Shown: piece by piece, positions 19,614 to 30,149 of the stretch
Layout: the number at the start of each line of letters is the position of its first letter
How positions within the stretch are numbered: the stretch's first letter is position 1
NCBI GenBank assembly: GCA_964463355.1
Contig: CAYXBP010000002.1
Location: forward strand, 77,846-141,845
Length of the DNA stretch: 64,000 bases
Source of the DNA: an uncultured Ruminococcus sp.
GTDB lineage: Bacteria > Bacillota > Clostridia > Oscillospirales > Ruminococcaceae
Direction of reading: 5' to 3'
The notes under the pieces: generated by a model
Told to the model about the DNA's origin: nothing
Seen by the model: the letters and a program-made list of their open reading frames with translations, nothing else
The model's database searches: none
Program-made: the position numbers and the translations under genes

Positions 19614-20639
19614 TCAGTCGCGGAATTGTTCCAGCACGCGGACGTCAGATTCAAACAGCAGCTTAATGTTGTTGATGCCGTATTTCAGCATAGCGATACG
19701 CTCTACACCCATGCCGAACGCAAAACCTGTATATACATCGGGATCAACACCGCAATTCTCCAGCACATGACGATTCACCATGCCTGCGCCAAGCACCTCG
19801 ATCCAGCCAGTATCCTTGCACAGACGGCATCCCTTACCACCACAGGCAAAACAACTCACGTCCACCTCCACGGAAGGCTCAGTGAAGGGGAAATAAGAAG
19901 GACGCAGACGAGTTTTAACCTGTTGCCCGAAAATGCGCTGTGCGAACACATCCAGCATACCTTGCAGGTCGCAAAGGGTGATGCCCTTATCTACTACCAA
20001 CCCTTCCATTTGGGAAAACATAGGCGAGTGCGTAGCATCGTCATCAGAACGGAACACCTTGCCAGGGGAAAGAATCTTGATGGGCGGCTGCGCGTTTTCC
20101 ATTACGCGGATTTGACCAGCAGAGGTCTGAGTGCGCAACAGCAACGCCTCGGTGATGTAAAAAGTATCCTGCATATCACGCGCCGGGTGATCGGCAGGGG
20201 TATTCAGGGCAGTGAAGTTATAGTAGTCATTTTCGATTTCCGGGCCTTCAAAAATCGTGAAGCCCATTCCTGCAAAAATGTCGATCAGTTCGTTTACGAT
20301 CAGGGTATTGGGGTGCAGGGCACCAGCAGAAAATGGGCGTGCAGGCATCGTTACATCAATCTGCTCGGCGGCATTTTTCTGAGCCAACTCAGCAGCTTTC
20401 AGCCGTGCATCCTGCGCAGTGAAGAAATCCAGTGCCCATTGTTTCAGCTCATTTACCACCTTGCCCAAAGCAGGGCGATCTTCAGGTGCGAGGTCACGCA
20501 TATTCTTCATCAGCGCGGAGATCTTTCCGGTTTTATTATCGAGATACTGCTTGCGAAGCAGGTACATCTCTTTGGAATCGGTAATTGATGCGGCAGCGGT
20601 TTCAATTTCCTGCTGCATCACGTGCATTTGCTCATCCAT
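19614..20639 (-). CDS. pheS: Phenylalanine--tRNA ligase alpha subunit
   Basis: 341 aa with class II aaRS motifs ([28 protein letters not shown]). Confidence 0.96.
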   Translation of the reverse strand: MDEQMHVMQQEIETAAASITDSKEMYLLRKQYLDNKTGKISALMKNMRDLAPEDRPALGKVVNELKQWALDFFTAQDARLKAAELAQKNAAEQIDVTMPARPFSAGALHPNTLIVNELIDIFAGMGFTIFEGPEIENDYYNFTALNTPADHPARDMQDTFYITEALLLRTQTSAGQIRVMENAQPPIKILSPGKVFRSDDDATHSPMFSQMEGLVVDKGITLCDLQGMLDVFAQRIFGQQVKTRLRPSYFPFTEPSVEVDVSCFACGGKGCRLCKDTGWIEVLGAGMVNRHVLENCGVDPDVYTGFAFGMGVERIAMLKYGINNIKLLFESDVRVLEQFRD

Positions 20640-20693
20640 CAGTGTGATACCGTCCTCTCATGAAAAATCAAATGGAAACAAAAACATATCTTA

Positions 20694-20722
20694 ATTATAC
20701 TCCAATTTTGCAGGATTGTCAA
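20694..20722 (-). promoter_or_regulatory. Consensus sigma-A promoter for pheST
   Basis: On the minus strand, TTGACA (20722-20717), 17 nt, TATAAT (20699-20694). The leader to the ATG is only about 55 nt. Confidence 0.6.
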
Positions 20723-20879
20723 GTATTACCACAATGAGCAATCGATAAAGTGAAGGCGAAACCGCATACATGCTGTTTTCAAGAACAGGATATCAAAAGC
20801 CTTGTCAGAGAACCATCTTAGCGCATCTAGAGGAACCAGCAAAGCGAAGGCGCATATGTTCCTTTTCTACAATTTCCTC

Positions 20880-20908
20880 TTGACAAACTGGGGCATCTAT
20901 GGTATAAT
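20880..20908 (+). promoter_or_regulatory. Consensus sigma-A promoter for the 20949 operon
   Basis: TTGACA (20880-20885), 17 nt, TATAAT (20903-20908). Confidence 0.6.
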
Positions 20909-20948
20909 ATGACCATAAAAATCCATCTTTGTAAAGGAGGCGACCTCG

Positions 20949-21500
20949 TTGGAACTGACACCGCAGCGCATGGAGCATTCACGCAAGAATTTTAATGTGC
21001 TAATCACCATGCTGGAACAAAAGCAGCTAAAATATGTCATTGAGGAGAATCGGCAGGATTTCGCCCATGTGTGCATTCGCTTTACTGGCGAGGATTTGCC
21101 CATGGATCTGCATCTGTTGTTTCGTCCAGAACGGCAGATGGTATCACTGTATTCGCCCATGCCGTTTTCTGTACCCGCAGGACGCAGCGCAGATATGGCT
21201 GTGGCGGTGGCAGCGGTAAATCACGGATTGGCAGACGGCTCTTTTGACTTTGACTACAGCGCAGGTATCTTGCAGTTCCGCCTGACCGCCGCTTTTATAG
21301 AAACTACCCTGAGTGTCGCCTTGTTCGATTATATGATTTATGTTGCGGCAGATACCATCGACCGCTATAACGACCGCTTTCTGGCACTAAGTGAAGGCAG
21401 CCTGGCTTTGATGGATTTCTTGCATCCAGATGCCAAACAAGGCAACCGCGTGAAACAAAAATCTGAACAAACGGAGAAAAGCCAATGCGAAAGTATCTGA
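20949..21500 (+). CDS. YbjN-like (T3SS-chaperone-fold) domain protein
   Basis: The TTG start is 8 nt after AAGGAGG. The pattern LHLLFRPERQMVSLYSPMPFSVPAGRSADMAVAVAAVNHGLADGSFDFDYSAGILQFR resembles the YbjN family. Confidence 0.6.
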   Translation: MELTPQRMEHSRKNFNVLITMLEQKQLKYVIEENRQDFAHVCIRFTGEDLPMDLHLLFRPERQMVSLYSPMPFSVPAGRSADMAVAVAAVNHGLADGSFDFDYSAGILQFRLTAAFIETTLSVALFDYMIYVAADTIDRYNDRFLALSEGSLALMDFLHPDAKQGNRVKQKSEQTEKSQCESI

Positions 21501-21928
21501 CCGAGTATTTAAGCCGTATTGAGGACTTGCTGAAGCGCAATGTTCCTTTGGATTACGACGAATTGATACGCAATCATTTGCAGAAAATTGAGTTTATGCA
21601 GCATGAGCGGTTGATCCATTTTCTGGTAACGATGCTCTTTGCGCTGGGACTGTTTTTGATGATGGGAACTTTTCTTGTAGCGGAAACGGTGTTGTTGTTG
21701 CCGCTGCTCTTTTTGATTCTGATTCTGCTGATCCCGTATATTTTGCATTACTATTTTCTGGAAAATTCCGTGCAGAAAATGTACCGCATCTATGATGAGC
21801 TGAATCATCGACGCTTGGAGCGTAACCGTTTACAGCGCGAGGCCGCCGAACGTGCTGCCATCGCAGAGGCTGTGCAAGCAACAGATTCTGTGAAGCAGGA
21901 CACGAAGAACGCAGCATCTGCAAAATAG
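21485..21928 (+). CDS. Hypothetical two-TM membrane protein
   Basis: Overlaps the upstream gene by 16 nt. It has a FMQHERLIHFLVTMLFALGLF motif, two hydrophobic helices and a charged coiled C-terminal tail. Confidence 0.6.
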   Translation: MRKYLTEYLSRIEDLLKRNVPLDYDELIRNHLQKIEFMQHERLIHFLVTMLFALGLFLMMGTFLVAETVLLLPLLFLILILLIPYILHYYFLENSVQKMYRIYDELNHRRLERNRLQREAAERAAIAEAVQATDSVKQDTKNAASAK

Positions 21929-21975
21929 CCCCTCGTATGTATCCCCCTCTTTGAACGGAAAGGAATGAAATTTCC

Positions 21976-22341
21976 ATGGAGTTATATCGTCCCGTGACCA
22001 ATCAGGAATATAATGCTATCGCCGCAAAAGATTTTTCTGGCTTCCCGAGTCAGAATGACAAACCTCTGCTGACACTGTTGCTTTCCTGCGAAGGTGCCCT
22101 GCAAATTGCCCGTCATCTGCATATGCCCGATGGCGACCGCGATGTCTATGTGCTGAGTATTCTGGTCGATGATGCGTATATCCGGCAGTTCCCTGTGCAA
22201 AATGCTGACGACATCCACCGCCGTGCGCTGTGGCTTGCTGCCGATGAAACTGATATTCTCAACCAGCACCTCATTGGCAAGATTCGTGTGGTAGAGCATT
22301 TTCAGCCTGACCCTGGTGAGCGTGATACCTTTTTTGTATAA
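21976..22341 (+). CDS. Conserved hypothetical protein (LYRxV...FP family)
   Basis: MELYRPVTNQEYNAIAAKDFSGFPSQ...IGKIRVVEHF. I recognise the pattern from widespread uncharacterised bacterial proteins of about 120 aa. Confidence 0.55.
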   Translation: MELYRPVTNQEYNAIAAKDFSGFPSQNDKPLLTLLLSCEGALQIARHLHMPDGDRDVYVLSILVDDAYIRQFPVQNADDIHRRALWLAADETDILNQHLIGKIRVVEHFQPDPGERDTFFV

Positions 22342-22419
22342 TGGTCGCTGCCGCATGGAGCGTAACTGCTCTGTGCGGCGTTGGCTTGCATGAACGAATT
22401 TGAACGAAGGAGTTTTATC

Positions 22420-23028
22420 ATGGCAATGACAATTTTGTATCCGGTGGGCAAGCAGTTGTATGTGAATCTGACAAATCGCTGCCCTTGCAACTGTACTTTT
22501 TGCATCCGTCACAATGGAGATGGCGCATACGGTTCCGATAGTTTGTGGTTGGAGCATGAGCCAACTTTCGAGGAAGTAAAAGCAGCCTTTGCAGAGTATG
22601 ACCTTTCACAGTGGACAGAGCTGGTCTTTTGTGGCTATGGTGAACCAACTTCAGTGCTTGATTTGTTGCTGCAAACAGCGGCATATGCAAAATCACTGAA
22701 AAATTGCCCTCCTGTGCGTTTGAATACCAACGGACTTGCCGATTTAATCCACGGCAGAAGCACTGCCGAAGCGTTTGCAGGCAAGTTTGATGTGATTTCT
22801 ATCAGCCTCAATGCCGGCACTGAGGCTGCATACATGGCGGTAACTCGTCCAAAATGGGATAACGCTTTTGCTGCGATGCAGGCATTTGCGCGATCCGTAA
22901 AGGATTATGTGCCAACAGTAATGTTTACTGTGGTGGATGTGATCTCCAAAGAGGAAATTGCCGCCGCGCAGGCGGTTGCAGATGCCGCAGGCATTCCGCT
23001 GCGAGTGCGGGAATATATTGCAGAGTAA
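22420..23028 (+). CDS. Radical SAM protein (TatD-associated radical SAM type)
   Basis: MAMTILYPVGKQLYVNLTNRCPCNCTFCIR contains the CX3CX2C motif. GAAGGAG lies 7 nt upstream of the ATG at 22420. Confidence 0.75.
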   Translation: MAMTILYPVGKQLYVNLTNRCPCNCTFCIRHNGDGAYGSDSLWLEHEPTFEEVKAAFAEYDLSQWTELVFCGYGEPTSVLDLLLQTAAYAKSLKNCPPVRLNTNGLADLIHGRSTAEAFAGKFDVISISLNAGTEAAYMAVTRPKWDNAFAAMQAFARSVKDYVPTVMFTVVDVISKEEIAAAQAVADAAGIPLRVREYIAE

Positions 23029-23047
23029 CATGAAAGGGAAAACAAAT

Positions 23048-24208
23048 ATGTCTTTGAAAAATTCCATGAAACGGCTCGCAGCGGTGACACAGAGCATCGT
23101 AATGCTCTGTGCTGCAACCGCCTGTACCGATCTCTCTTCCGATGTATCCTCTGATCATCTATCCGTTAGTGCCCCATCTGATCTGGTCGTATCCGATGGC
23201 ACTGCAAGAGTCTATATCGAAAACGGCGTGTTCAAGGTCAATGGTGAGGATATCTGGTTCAGTGGCACCAATACCCCATGGGATAACTGGGACGACTTCG
23301 GCAGAGATTTTGACGCTTCTTTCTGGGACAGCCACTTTGCCGATCTCCATGCATCAGGTATCAATTCTTCCCGTGTGTGGATTCTGTGCAGTGGTGACTA
23401 TGGTATCCAGTTTGATGCCAATAATCATGTCACAGGCATGACCGAGCAGTTTTGGGCAGATGTTGATGCACTGATGGCGATTGCTGCAAAGCATAGGATC
23501 TATATTATGGCGACTATGATGTCTTTTGATTGCTGCAAAGAAGGCAACAAAAACCATAAACGATTCCGCCATATCATTAACGATGAGCCTGCCCTGCAAA
23601 GCTATATCGACAACTATATCGTCCCATTTGTTAAACGATACGATAGCAACGATTATCTGTACAGCATTGATATCTGCAACGAGCCAGATTGGATCAACGA
23701 AAATGAGGAGTGCGGTAAGATTGATGTGCAGCCGCTGGTGAATTTCTATGCAAAAGTGTCCGCTGCAATCCACCAGAACAGTGATATTTTAGTGACCACG
23801 GGCATTGCTATGGTACGCAATAATTCCGATAAGCACAAGCTGAATTGGGTGGGCGATGCCGCCATGAAGCAGTACGGCGGCGATGATGCTTGCATGGACT
23901 TTTACTCCGTGCATTTTTACGATTGGATGCTGCCATGGTACGGCAATCCTTTTGTGATGACCCCAGAGCAGTATGGGTTGGATATCTCTAAGCCCAATGT
24001 GATGGGTGAATGTTCTGCCCTTGGTTCACAGGTGGAAAACATGGATTTATGTCAAGCGGCGCAATCGCTGTATGATAACGGTTGGGACGGCGTGTTTCCT
24101 TGGACATCCAATGGCTCCGATGCCAATGGCGGTTTCGATGAGGTCAGTGCTTATGGCAAGCAGATGCTCACAAAGATCCCCGAATTGATTTTCCCTATGG
24201 ATCACTGA
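23048..24208 (+). CDS. Glycoside hydrolase family 5 (mannanase-like), probable lipoprotein
   Basis: Signal/lipobox-like MSLKNSMKRLAAVTQSIVMLCAATAC. Contains WFSGTNTPWDNWDDFG and the GH5 acid/base motif CNEPDW. The start could also be 23030. Confidence 0.75.
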   Translation: MSLKNSMKRLAAVTQSIVMLCAATACTDLSSDVSSDHLSVSAPSDLVVSDGTARVYIENGVFKVNGEDIWFSGTNTPWDNWDDFGRDFDASFWDSHFADLHASGINSSRVWILCSGDYGIQFDANNHVTGMTEQFWADVDALMAIAAKHRIYIMATMMSFDCCKEGNKNHKRFRHIINDEPALQSYIDNYIVPFVKRYDSNDYLYSIDICNEPDWINENEECGKIDVQPLVNFYAKVSAAIHQNSDILVTTGIAMVRNNSDKHKLNWVGDAAMKQYGGDDACMDFYSVHFYDWMLPWYGNPFVMTPEQYGLDISKPNVMGECSALGSQVENMDLCQAAQSLYDNGWDGVFPWTSNGSDANGGFDEVSAYGKQMLTKIPELIFPMDH

Positions 24209-24348
24209 AGCACTGTTTCTTTCCCTCGCAAGCCTTTTCAAAAATCTTGCAGATAGCAGAACGGCTCAGTTATCTTTTCACAAAAACAACGTATGAATGA
24301 CGATAAAACGGCAATACTGGTAGCATCTTGTATTTACGGAGGGATTCC

Positions 24349-24960
24349 ATGAATTTTCAAAGTTCGCAAACCTGCCAGAATTTGCTACGCGCTTTTGCTG
24401 GAGAAAGTCAAGCACGCAACCGCTACACCATTGCTGCAAAAGCTGCCAAAAAACAGCAATACCCCGTGCTGGAACAGGTCTTTCTGTTCACTGCCCAGCA
24501 GGAGCTGACCCACGCCTCTCTATTCTACGAATGTCTGCAAAAACAGGGCGTGACAAATGTAGATATGACTGCTGGTTATCCGATTGACCCCATTGGCGAT
24601 GTTGCAGCTCTTCTGGAAGCTGCACAGCGCAACGAATTGGAGGAATTTGACCCCATATACCCCGATTTTGGACGAATTGCAGCATCAGAAGGCTTTGAAC
24701 GTGAAGCGTTTCTGTTCCGCAGCATTGCTGAAATTGAACGCACACATGCCGAACGATTTGCCATGTTTGCTCGTCTGATGCGGGAAAACCGTCTGTTTAG
24801 CGATGAAACCGAACAACCCTGGTTGTGCCTGCATTGTGGAAATATTCATTACGGCAGCAGTGCGCCCATGCGCTGTCCCGTCTGCGGTGATGAACAGGGT
24901 TACTTTATCCGACAGAATTGCGCCCCCTACTCTTGCGGAGGTGGCGTATGCAAGCAATGA
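24349..24960 (+). CDS. Rubrerythrin
   Basis: Ferritin-like diiron domain ([14 protein letters not shown]..., ERTHAERF) plus a C-terminal rubredoxin-like CLHCG...CPVCG. Confidence 0.88.
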   Translation: MNFQSSQTCQNLLRAFAGESQARNRYTIAAKAAKKQQYPVLEQVFLFTAQQELTHASLFYECLQKQGVTNVDMTAGYPIDPIGDVAALLEAAQRNELEEFDPIYPDFGRIAASEGFEREAFLFRSIAEIERTHAERFAMFARLMRENRLFSDETEQPWLCLHCGNIHYGSSAPMRCPVCGDEQGYFIRQNCAPYSCGGGVCKQ

Positions 24961-26210
24961 AAATTGCCGCTGTACACGGCTATGAGATCCTGGATTCGCG
25001 TGGCAACCCCACTGTACGCGCTGAGGTCATCTGTGAGGGCGGTGCTATGGGTGTTGCTGCTGCCCCTTCTGGCGCATCCACAGGACAGTTTGAAGCGGTA
25101 GAACTGCGCGACAATATCTCCCACCGATATCAGGGACTGGGCGTTCGGCGCGCAATCAAGGGTATCCACGAGGTAATCGCGCCAAATCTCCACGGCATTT
25201 CGGCTGCCGACCAAAGCCGCATTGACCATATTCTTTGTGAACTTGACGGCACAGAGCAAAAATCCTCGCTGGGTGCCAACGCAATCCTTGCAGTATCTCT
25301 TGCCGCCGCCAAAGCCGCTGCTCAACAGCTGCATCAGCCGTTGTATCGATATCTGGGCGGTCTGCGCAGCAATCGTCTGCCTGCCCCGATGATGAACATC
25401 CTTAACGGTGGTGCGCACGCTGGGAACAATATTGATATCCAGGAATTTATGATCCAGCCTGTGGGGGCACGTTGCTTTGCCGATGGACTGCGCATGGGTG
25501 TGGAAATCTATCACGCGCTCGGCAAATTGCTCAAATCAAAGGGACTTTCCACGGCAGTGGGCGATGAGGGCGGATTTGCCCCCGATCTTCCATCCGATGC
25601 CGATGCCATTGCGTGCATTATAGAAGCGATCAATACAGCGGGATATTCCACCGATGAAGTGAAAATCGCATTGGACGCTGCTTCCTCGGAATGGTATCGT
25701 AACGGCGTTTATCATCTGCCAAAACGCGGCAAAGATTACACTACGGAACAGCGCATCGCTTATTGGCAGGAACTATGCGAGAAATACCCCATCACATCGC
25801 TGGAAGACCCGTTGGCAGAGGAAGATTGGTGCGGCTGGCAGCAGATCACCGAAACGCTAGGGAAAAAGGTGCAGCTGGTAGGCGATGATCTTTTTGTAAC
25901 CAATACGAATCGCCTGAAAAAAGGCATTTCCCTGAAAGCGGGCAATGCAATTCTGGTGAAGCCAAACCAGATCGGCACATTGACTGAAACTATCGCTGCG
26001 ATAGATATGGCGCAAAATGCAGGATTTCGCAGTATTATATCTCACCGTTCGGGCGAAACCGAGGATACAACCATTGCTGATCTTGCAGTCGCATTCGGCG
26101 TGGGGCAGATTAAAACCGGCGCACCCTGCCGCAGTGATCGTACCGCGAAGTATAATCGGCTGTTACGCATTGAAGCAGCATTGGGGAAATCTGTCACCTA
26201 TGGCATATAA
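24948..26210 (+). CDS. eno: Enolase (phosphopyruvate hydratase)
   Basis: [27 protein letters not shown] and [15 protein letters not shown] motifs. The ATG at 24948 is 6 nt after GGAGG. The alternative ATG at 24957 forms an ATGA overlap with the rubrerythrin stop. Confidence 0.95.
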   Translation: MQAMKIAAVHGYEILDSRGNPTVRAEVICEGGAMGVAAAPSGASTGQFEAVELRDNISHRYQGLGVRRAIKGIHEVIAPNLHGISAADQSRIDHILCELDGTEQKSSLGANAILAVSLAAAKAAAQQLHQPLYRYLGGLRSNRLPAPMMNILNGGAHAGNNIDIQEFMIQPVGARCFADGLRMGVEIYHALGKLLKSKGLSTAVGDEGGFAPDLPSDADAIACIIEAINTAGYSTDEVKIALDAASSEWYRNGVYHLPKRGKDYTTEQRIAYWQELCEKYPITSLEDPLAEEDWCGWQQITETLGKKVQLVGDDLFVTNTNRLKKGISLKAGNAILVKPNQIGTLTETIAAIDMAQNAGFRSIISHRSGETEDTTIADLAVAFGVGQIKTGAPCRSDRTAKYNRLLRIEAALGKSVTYGI

Positions 26211-26240
26211 TAACCCTGTGCAAGGCAAACGGCTATCACA

Positions 26241-26272
26241 AAGGGCACTCCACAACGGAGTGCCCTTTTTTG
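26241..26272 (+). terminator. Rho-independent terminator after eno
   Basis: 11-bp stem AAGGGCACTCC / GGAGTGCCCTT followed by TTTTTT. Confidence 0.75.
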
Positions 26273-26301
26273 GTATATACATCAACGCGGATTGTATCAA
26301 A

Positions 26302-27735
26302 TCAATGATTCCAGCTTTCCAGCTCGCGGTAAAGCCCCAGATACAGCTCTGCGGAATTCGCCCAACTGAAGTCTTGGCTCATGGCATTCATCATGATCTG
26401 CTTCCACCGCACAGGATCATAATAGGCATCTTTGGCGCGGCACACAGCCCCCAACATATCGTGCGCATTATAGGTTTTGAAGGTAAAGCCCGTACCATTT
26501 TCGCCGCCAGCATCGCGAACAGAATCGCGCAGACCGCCTGTTTCGCGAACGATGGGCATCGTGCCATATCGCATAGCATACATCTGTGCCAATCCGCATG
26601 GCTCGCTTTGAGAGGGCATCAAGAACATATCGCAGCCAGCATAGATCTTGCGCGCCAGCGATGGAATAAAGCCCAATGTTACGCTGACCTGCTCTGGATA
26701 CCGCCATGCCATTTCGCGGAAAAAGTCCTCATAAATTCGCTCGCCGCTGCCAAGAATAGCAAACCGGATCCCCTGATGGAGCATTTCTTCAAATACATAG
26801 CGAATCAGATCAATGCCCTTATGGGCGACAAATCTTGTGCAAATGCCCACCAATGGTGCATCGCTTTCGGGCAGCCCGATCTCCGCAAGCAGTGCCTTTT
26901 TACAGGCTTTTTTGCCCGTCAGATTCTTCAGGCTGTAGTTGCTGTAGGGCGGCATCAGCGTAACATCTGTGGCAGGGTCATAGCTTTCCACATCAATACC
27001 GTTTAGGAAGCCAGTGAGCTTATACTGCTTTTCGGTGAGGATGCGATCCAGGCCATGGCTATACCACGGGTCAAGAATCTCCCACGCATAACTGGGGCTA
27101 ACTGTAGTGATCTTATCGGCAGTTTCAATAGCACCCTTCATCATGTTAACGTTGCCGTCGTACTCCAGCAAATTTGCATGATACATAGGGATGCCCATCA
27201 GCTCGTTGATCACTTCCATGCCATACTTACCCTGATAGCCGATGTTGTGAATGGTAAACACGGTACGGATATTATCATAGCCCTCCTGGTACATATAAAA
27301 GATCTTATAGTACACGGGCACCAGTGCCGTCTGCCAATCGTTACAATGCAGAATAGTCGGCTTAAAATCGATCACGCGCAGCATCTCCAGAATGGCGCGG
27401 CTAAAGAACACGAAACGCTCGCAATCATCATAAAAGCCGTAGATGCCATCACGCTTAAAATAATATTCGTTATCAATGAAGTAATAGGTTACACCCTCAT
27501 ACACGGCGGTAAAAATGCCACAATACTGCTTGCGCCAAGCCACATCCACGGTTATGGACGCAAGGAAGGTCATCCCCTGTCGAAGCTCATCGCTGATTGC
27601 CTGATAGAGCGGAACCACCACGCGGCAATCGTGCCCCTTCGCGTTCAGTGCCAGTGGCAACGCACCTGCCACATCCGCCAACCCGCCTGATGCCACATAG
27701 GGTCTTGCTTCACTCGATGCATATAAAATGTTCAC
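26302..27735 (-). CDS. glgA: Glycogen synthase
   Basis: (M)NILYASSEARPYVASGGLADVAGALP. The GTG at 27735 is 8 nt after AAGGAG. The tracked GTG at 27744 abuts the RBS. Confidence 0.94.
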   Translation of the reverse strand: MNILYASSEARPYVASGGLADVAGALPLALNAKGHDCRVVVPLYQAISDELRQGMTFLASITVDVAWRKQYCGIFTAVYEGVTYYFIDNEYYFKRDGIYGFYDDCERFVFFSRAILEMLRVIDFKPTILHCNDWQTALVPVYYKIFYMYQEGYDNIRTVFTIHNIGYQGKYGMEVINELMGIPMYHANLLEYDGNVNMMKGAIETADKITTVSPSYAWEILDPWYSHGLDRILTEKQYKLTGFLNGIDVESYDPATDVTLMPPYSNYSLKNLTGKKACKKALLAEIGLPESDAPLVGICTRFVAHKGIDLIRYVFEEMLHQGIRFAILGSGERIYEDFFREMAWRYPEQVSVTLGFIPSLARKIYAGCDMFLMPSQSEPCGLAQMYAMRYGTMPIVRETGGLRDSVRDAGGENGTGFTFKTYNAHDMLGAVCRAKDAYYDPVRWKQIMMNAMSQDFSWANSAELYLGLYRELESWNH

Positions 27736-27768
27736 AAATTGCACTCCTTTCCATGAAAATCCGTATCG

Positions 27769-28896
27769 TCAAATCTGTGCGCCCTTGCCGATGTACAGCG
27801 GATAGCCCTTAGAGCCAGTCAACTGCCGTTCATCTGCGATGCGTACATTCTTATCGGTAATGACACTGCGAATGGCGCAGCGCGCACCGATGATAGTATC
27901 CTGAGTAATAATGCTATCGCGCACAACAGTACCTTTGCCGATGCGCACGCCGCGGAACAGCACGCAATTTTCCACTTTTCCCTCAATCACGCAGCCGTCC
28001 GCAATCAGCGAATTCTTAATATGCGATTCCAATCCGAAGCGCACGGGGGCGTTATCCTTGGTTTTGGTGTAGATGGGCTTATCCTTGGTAAAGAGTGCTT
28101 CGCGATTTTTGCTATCCAACAATGCAAGATTCGCCTCAAAATAGCTGGGCAGGGAATCAATCTTTGCGAAGTAGCCCGTATGCTCGTAGGCAAAGATGCG
28201 GTAGCTTGCGTTTCGATCCTGCAAAATATCCCTGCGGAGGCTATAACGGTTTCTGCTCATGGATTCTTTCACGATCCTGCGCAGGAACTCCTTGCTCATG
28301 ACATACATATTCAAACCGAGGTTGCACGCACCTGTCATAGGTGGATCCACCATCACATCGTTTACAAATCCATCGTCATCCACGCCGAAAATGGTGGCTG
28401 AAGTTTCAGTAGACTGATCATAGAAGCCCTTGGCATAGATCGCAGTAATATCTGCGCCGCTGCGGATATGCGCCGCCACGACAGGACGATAATCAATGGT
28501 AGTGACGATATCGCAATCGGAGAGAACAACGTAGTCAGCGGAGGAATGCTCCACAAAGCTCCAAACATTGCCCAGCGCATCCAGTTTGCCGCTATAAACG
28601 GTGGAACTGGTATGGCTATAGGGCGGCAGCAAATGCAAGCCGCCATTCTTGCGTGCAAGATCCCACTCTCTGCCAGAGCCGAGGTGATCAAGCAACGAAC
28701 CGTAGTTGCGCTTGGTAATCACGCCTACCTGCGAGATGCCCGAGTTGACAAAGTTGGAAAGAGGAAAGTCGATCAGGCGATATCTGCCGCCAAACAGCAC
28801 CGAGCCCATAGTGCGCTGCTTGGTCAGGTCGGAAATTGCGGTATCATGAACACTGGCAAAGACCAGCCCCAGTACATTTTGATTGGTTCTTATCAT
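27769..28896 (-). CDS. glgD: Glucose-1-phosphate adenylyltransferase subunit GlgD
   Basis: [18 protein letters not shown] with no GGxGxRL catalytic loop, located downstream of glgC as in Firmicutes. Confidence 0.88.
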   Translation of the reverse strand: MIRTNQNVLGLVFASVHDTAISDLTKQRTMGSVLFGGRYRLIDFPLSNFVNSGISQVGVITKRNYGSLLDHLGSGREWDLARKNGGLHLLPPYSHTSSTVYSGKLDALGNVWSFVEHSSADYVVLSDCDIVTTIDYRPVVAAHIRSGADITAIYAKGFYDQSTETSATIFGVDDDGFVNDVMVDPPMTGACNLGLNMYVMSKEFLRRIVKESMSRNRYSLRRDILQDRNASYRIFAYEHTGYFAKIDSLPSYFEANLALLDSKNREALFTKDKPIYTKTKDNAPVRFGLESHIKNSLIADGCVIEGKVENCVLFRGVRIGKGTVVRDSIITQDTIIGARCAIRSVITDKNVRIADERQLTGSKGYPLYIGKGAQI

Positions 28897-28911
28897 AGTG
28901 GTACGCCTCCC

Positions 28912-30117
28912 TTATATATTTTCCGAAAGAATCTGCTTCGGGGCAACTTCCTTCCCCTCGCTGACAGTAATATTATGACCCACCACAGCGATACCCCACT
29001 CATCTCGATTCTCCACATATCCTTCGGGATTTCTGCCAATATGCGCACCCGCTTCAATCACGCACTCCTCACCGACGATAGCATACTCCACTACAGCACC
29101 TGCCTTGATCACCGTACCAGGCATCACGATGCTATACTGCACCTTTGCACCCTCCTCGATGGTCACACCTGCAAAAATGATGGAGAAATCCACCTTGCCG
29201 TTAATGACAGAGCCCTCCGTAATCATGGCATTTTCCACCTCGGCGGAAGCACCAATATACTGTGGTGGCATATTGTTGTGGCGGGAGTAGATTTTCCATT
29301 CCTTGTCGTAGAGGTCAAGTGGCTCACTGGGGCTTAAAAGATCCATATGTGCGTCCCAGAGAGAATCCAGCGTACCCACATCCTTCCAGTAGCCCTCAAA
29401 AGTATAGGCATACAAACGCTCGCCATTTTGCAGCATGGCAGGGATGATATCCTTACCGAAATCCTTGGATCCGGTATTGGCGTTTTCGTTTTCGATCAAA
29501 TATCTCTTTAGTTTCTCCCATGTAAACACATAAATGCCCATGGATGCCAACGTAGACTTTGGCTGCTTCGGCTTTTCGGTGAAATCCACCACGCGCATTT
29601 CGTCATCACAGGTCATGATTCCCATACGGCTTGCCTCGGAAAGCGGCACATCCAACACGGCGATGGTGAGATCAGCATTTGTCGCCTTGTGGAAATCCAA
29701 CATTTTAGAATAATCCATTTTGTAGATATGATCGCCGCCCAGCACAACAACATATTCTGGATTATAACGTTCGATGAAGCCGATGTTCTGATAAATGGCA
29801 TTTGCGGTGCCCTCATACCATGAAGCCCCTGCCGATGTCTGGTAAGGGGGCAGCACATGAACACCACCGTGGAGCTTGTCCAGATCCCAAGGCTGACCGT
29901 TTCCGATATAGTCATTCAGTACCAGCGGCTGATACTGGGTAAGCACACCCACGGTATCAATGCCCGAATTGGTGCAGTTAGAAAGCGGAAAGTCGATCAA
30001 GCGATATTTGCCCCCAAAGGGCACTGCCGGCTTTGCCATATCTTTGGTGAGGGCGTACAAGCGGCTGCCCTGACCGCCGGCAAGCAGCATGGCAACACAT
30101 TCTTTCTTGATATACAT
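28912..30117 (-). CDS. glgC: Glucose-1-phosphate adenylyltransferase
   Basis: [44 protein letters not shown]. Confidence 0.95.
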   Translation of the reverse strand: MYIKKECVAMLLAGGQGSRLYALTKDMAKPAVPFGGKYRLIDFPLSNCTNSGIDTVGVLTQYQPLVLNDYIGNGQPWDLDKLHGGVHVLPPYQTSAGASWYEGTANAIYQNIGFIERYNPEYVVVLGGDHIYKMDYSKMLDFHKATNADLTIAVLDVPLSEASRMGIMTCDDEMRVVDFTEKPKQPKSTLASMGIYVFTWEKLKRYLIENENANTGSKDFGKDIIPAMLQNGERLYAYTFEGYWKDVGTLDSLWDAHMDLLSPSEPLDLYDKEWKIYSRHNNMPPQYIGASAEVENAMITEGSVINGKVDFSIIFAGVTIEEGAKVQYSIVMPGTVIKAGAVVEYAIVGEECVIEAGAHIGRNPEGYVENRDEWGIAVVGHNITVSEGKEVAPKQILSENI

Positions 30118-30149
30118 TACAGTATGAATCCTCCTTTATCGTTGCGCAA

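Noticed and set aside
19266-20588. Plus-strand ORF of 440 aa across the pheT/pheS junction.
   Set aside because: It is antisense to pheS/pheT and spans the intergenic gap of the real genes. It has no motifs.
20640-20948. A possible Phe T-box riboswitch upstream of pheS.
   Set aside because: I found no T-box consensus (GGGTGGTACCGCG-like) and no specifier/AG-bulge layout on the minus strand. A consensus promoter leaves only about 55 nt of leader. See the corresponding low-interest finding for how to verify.
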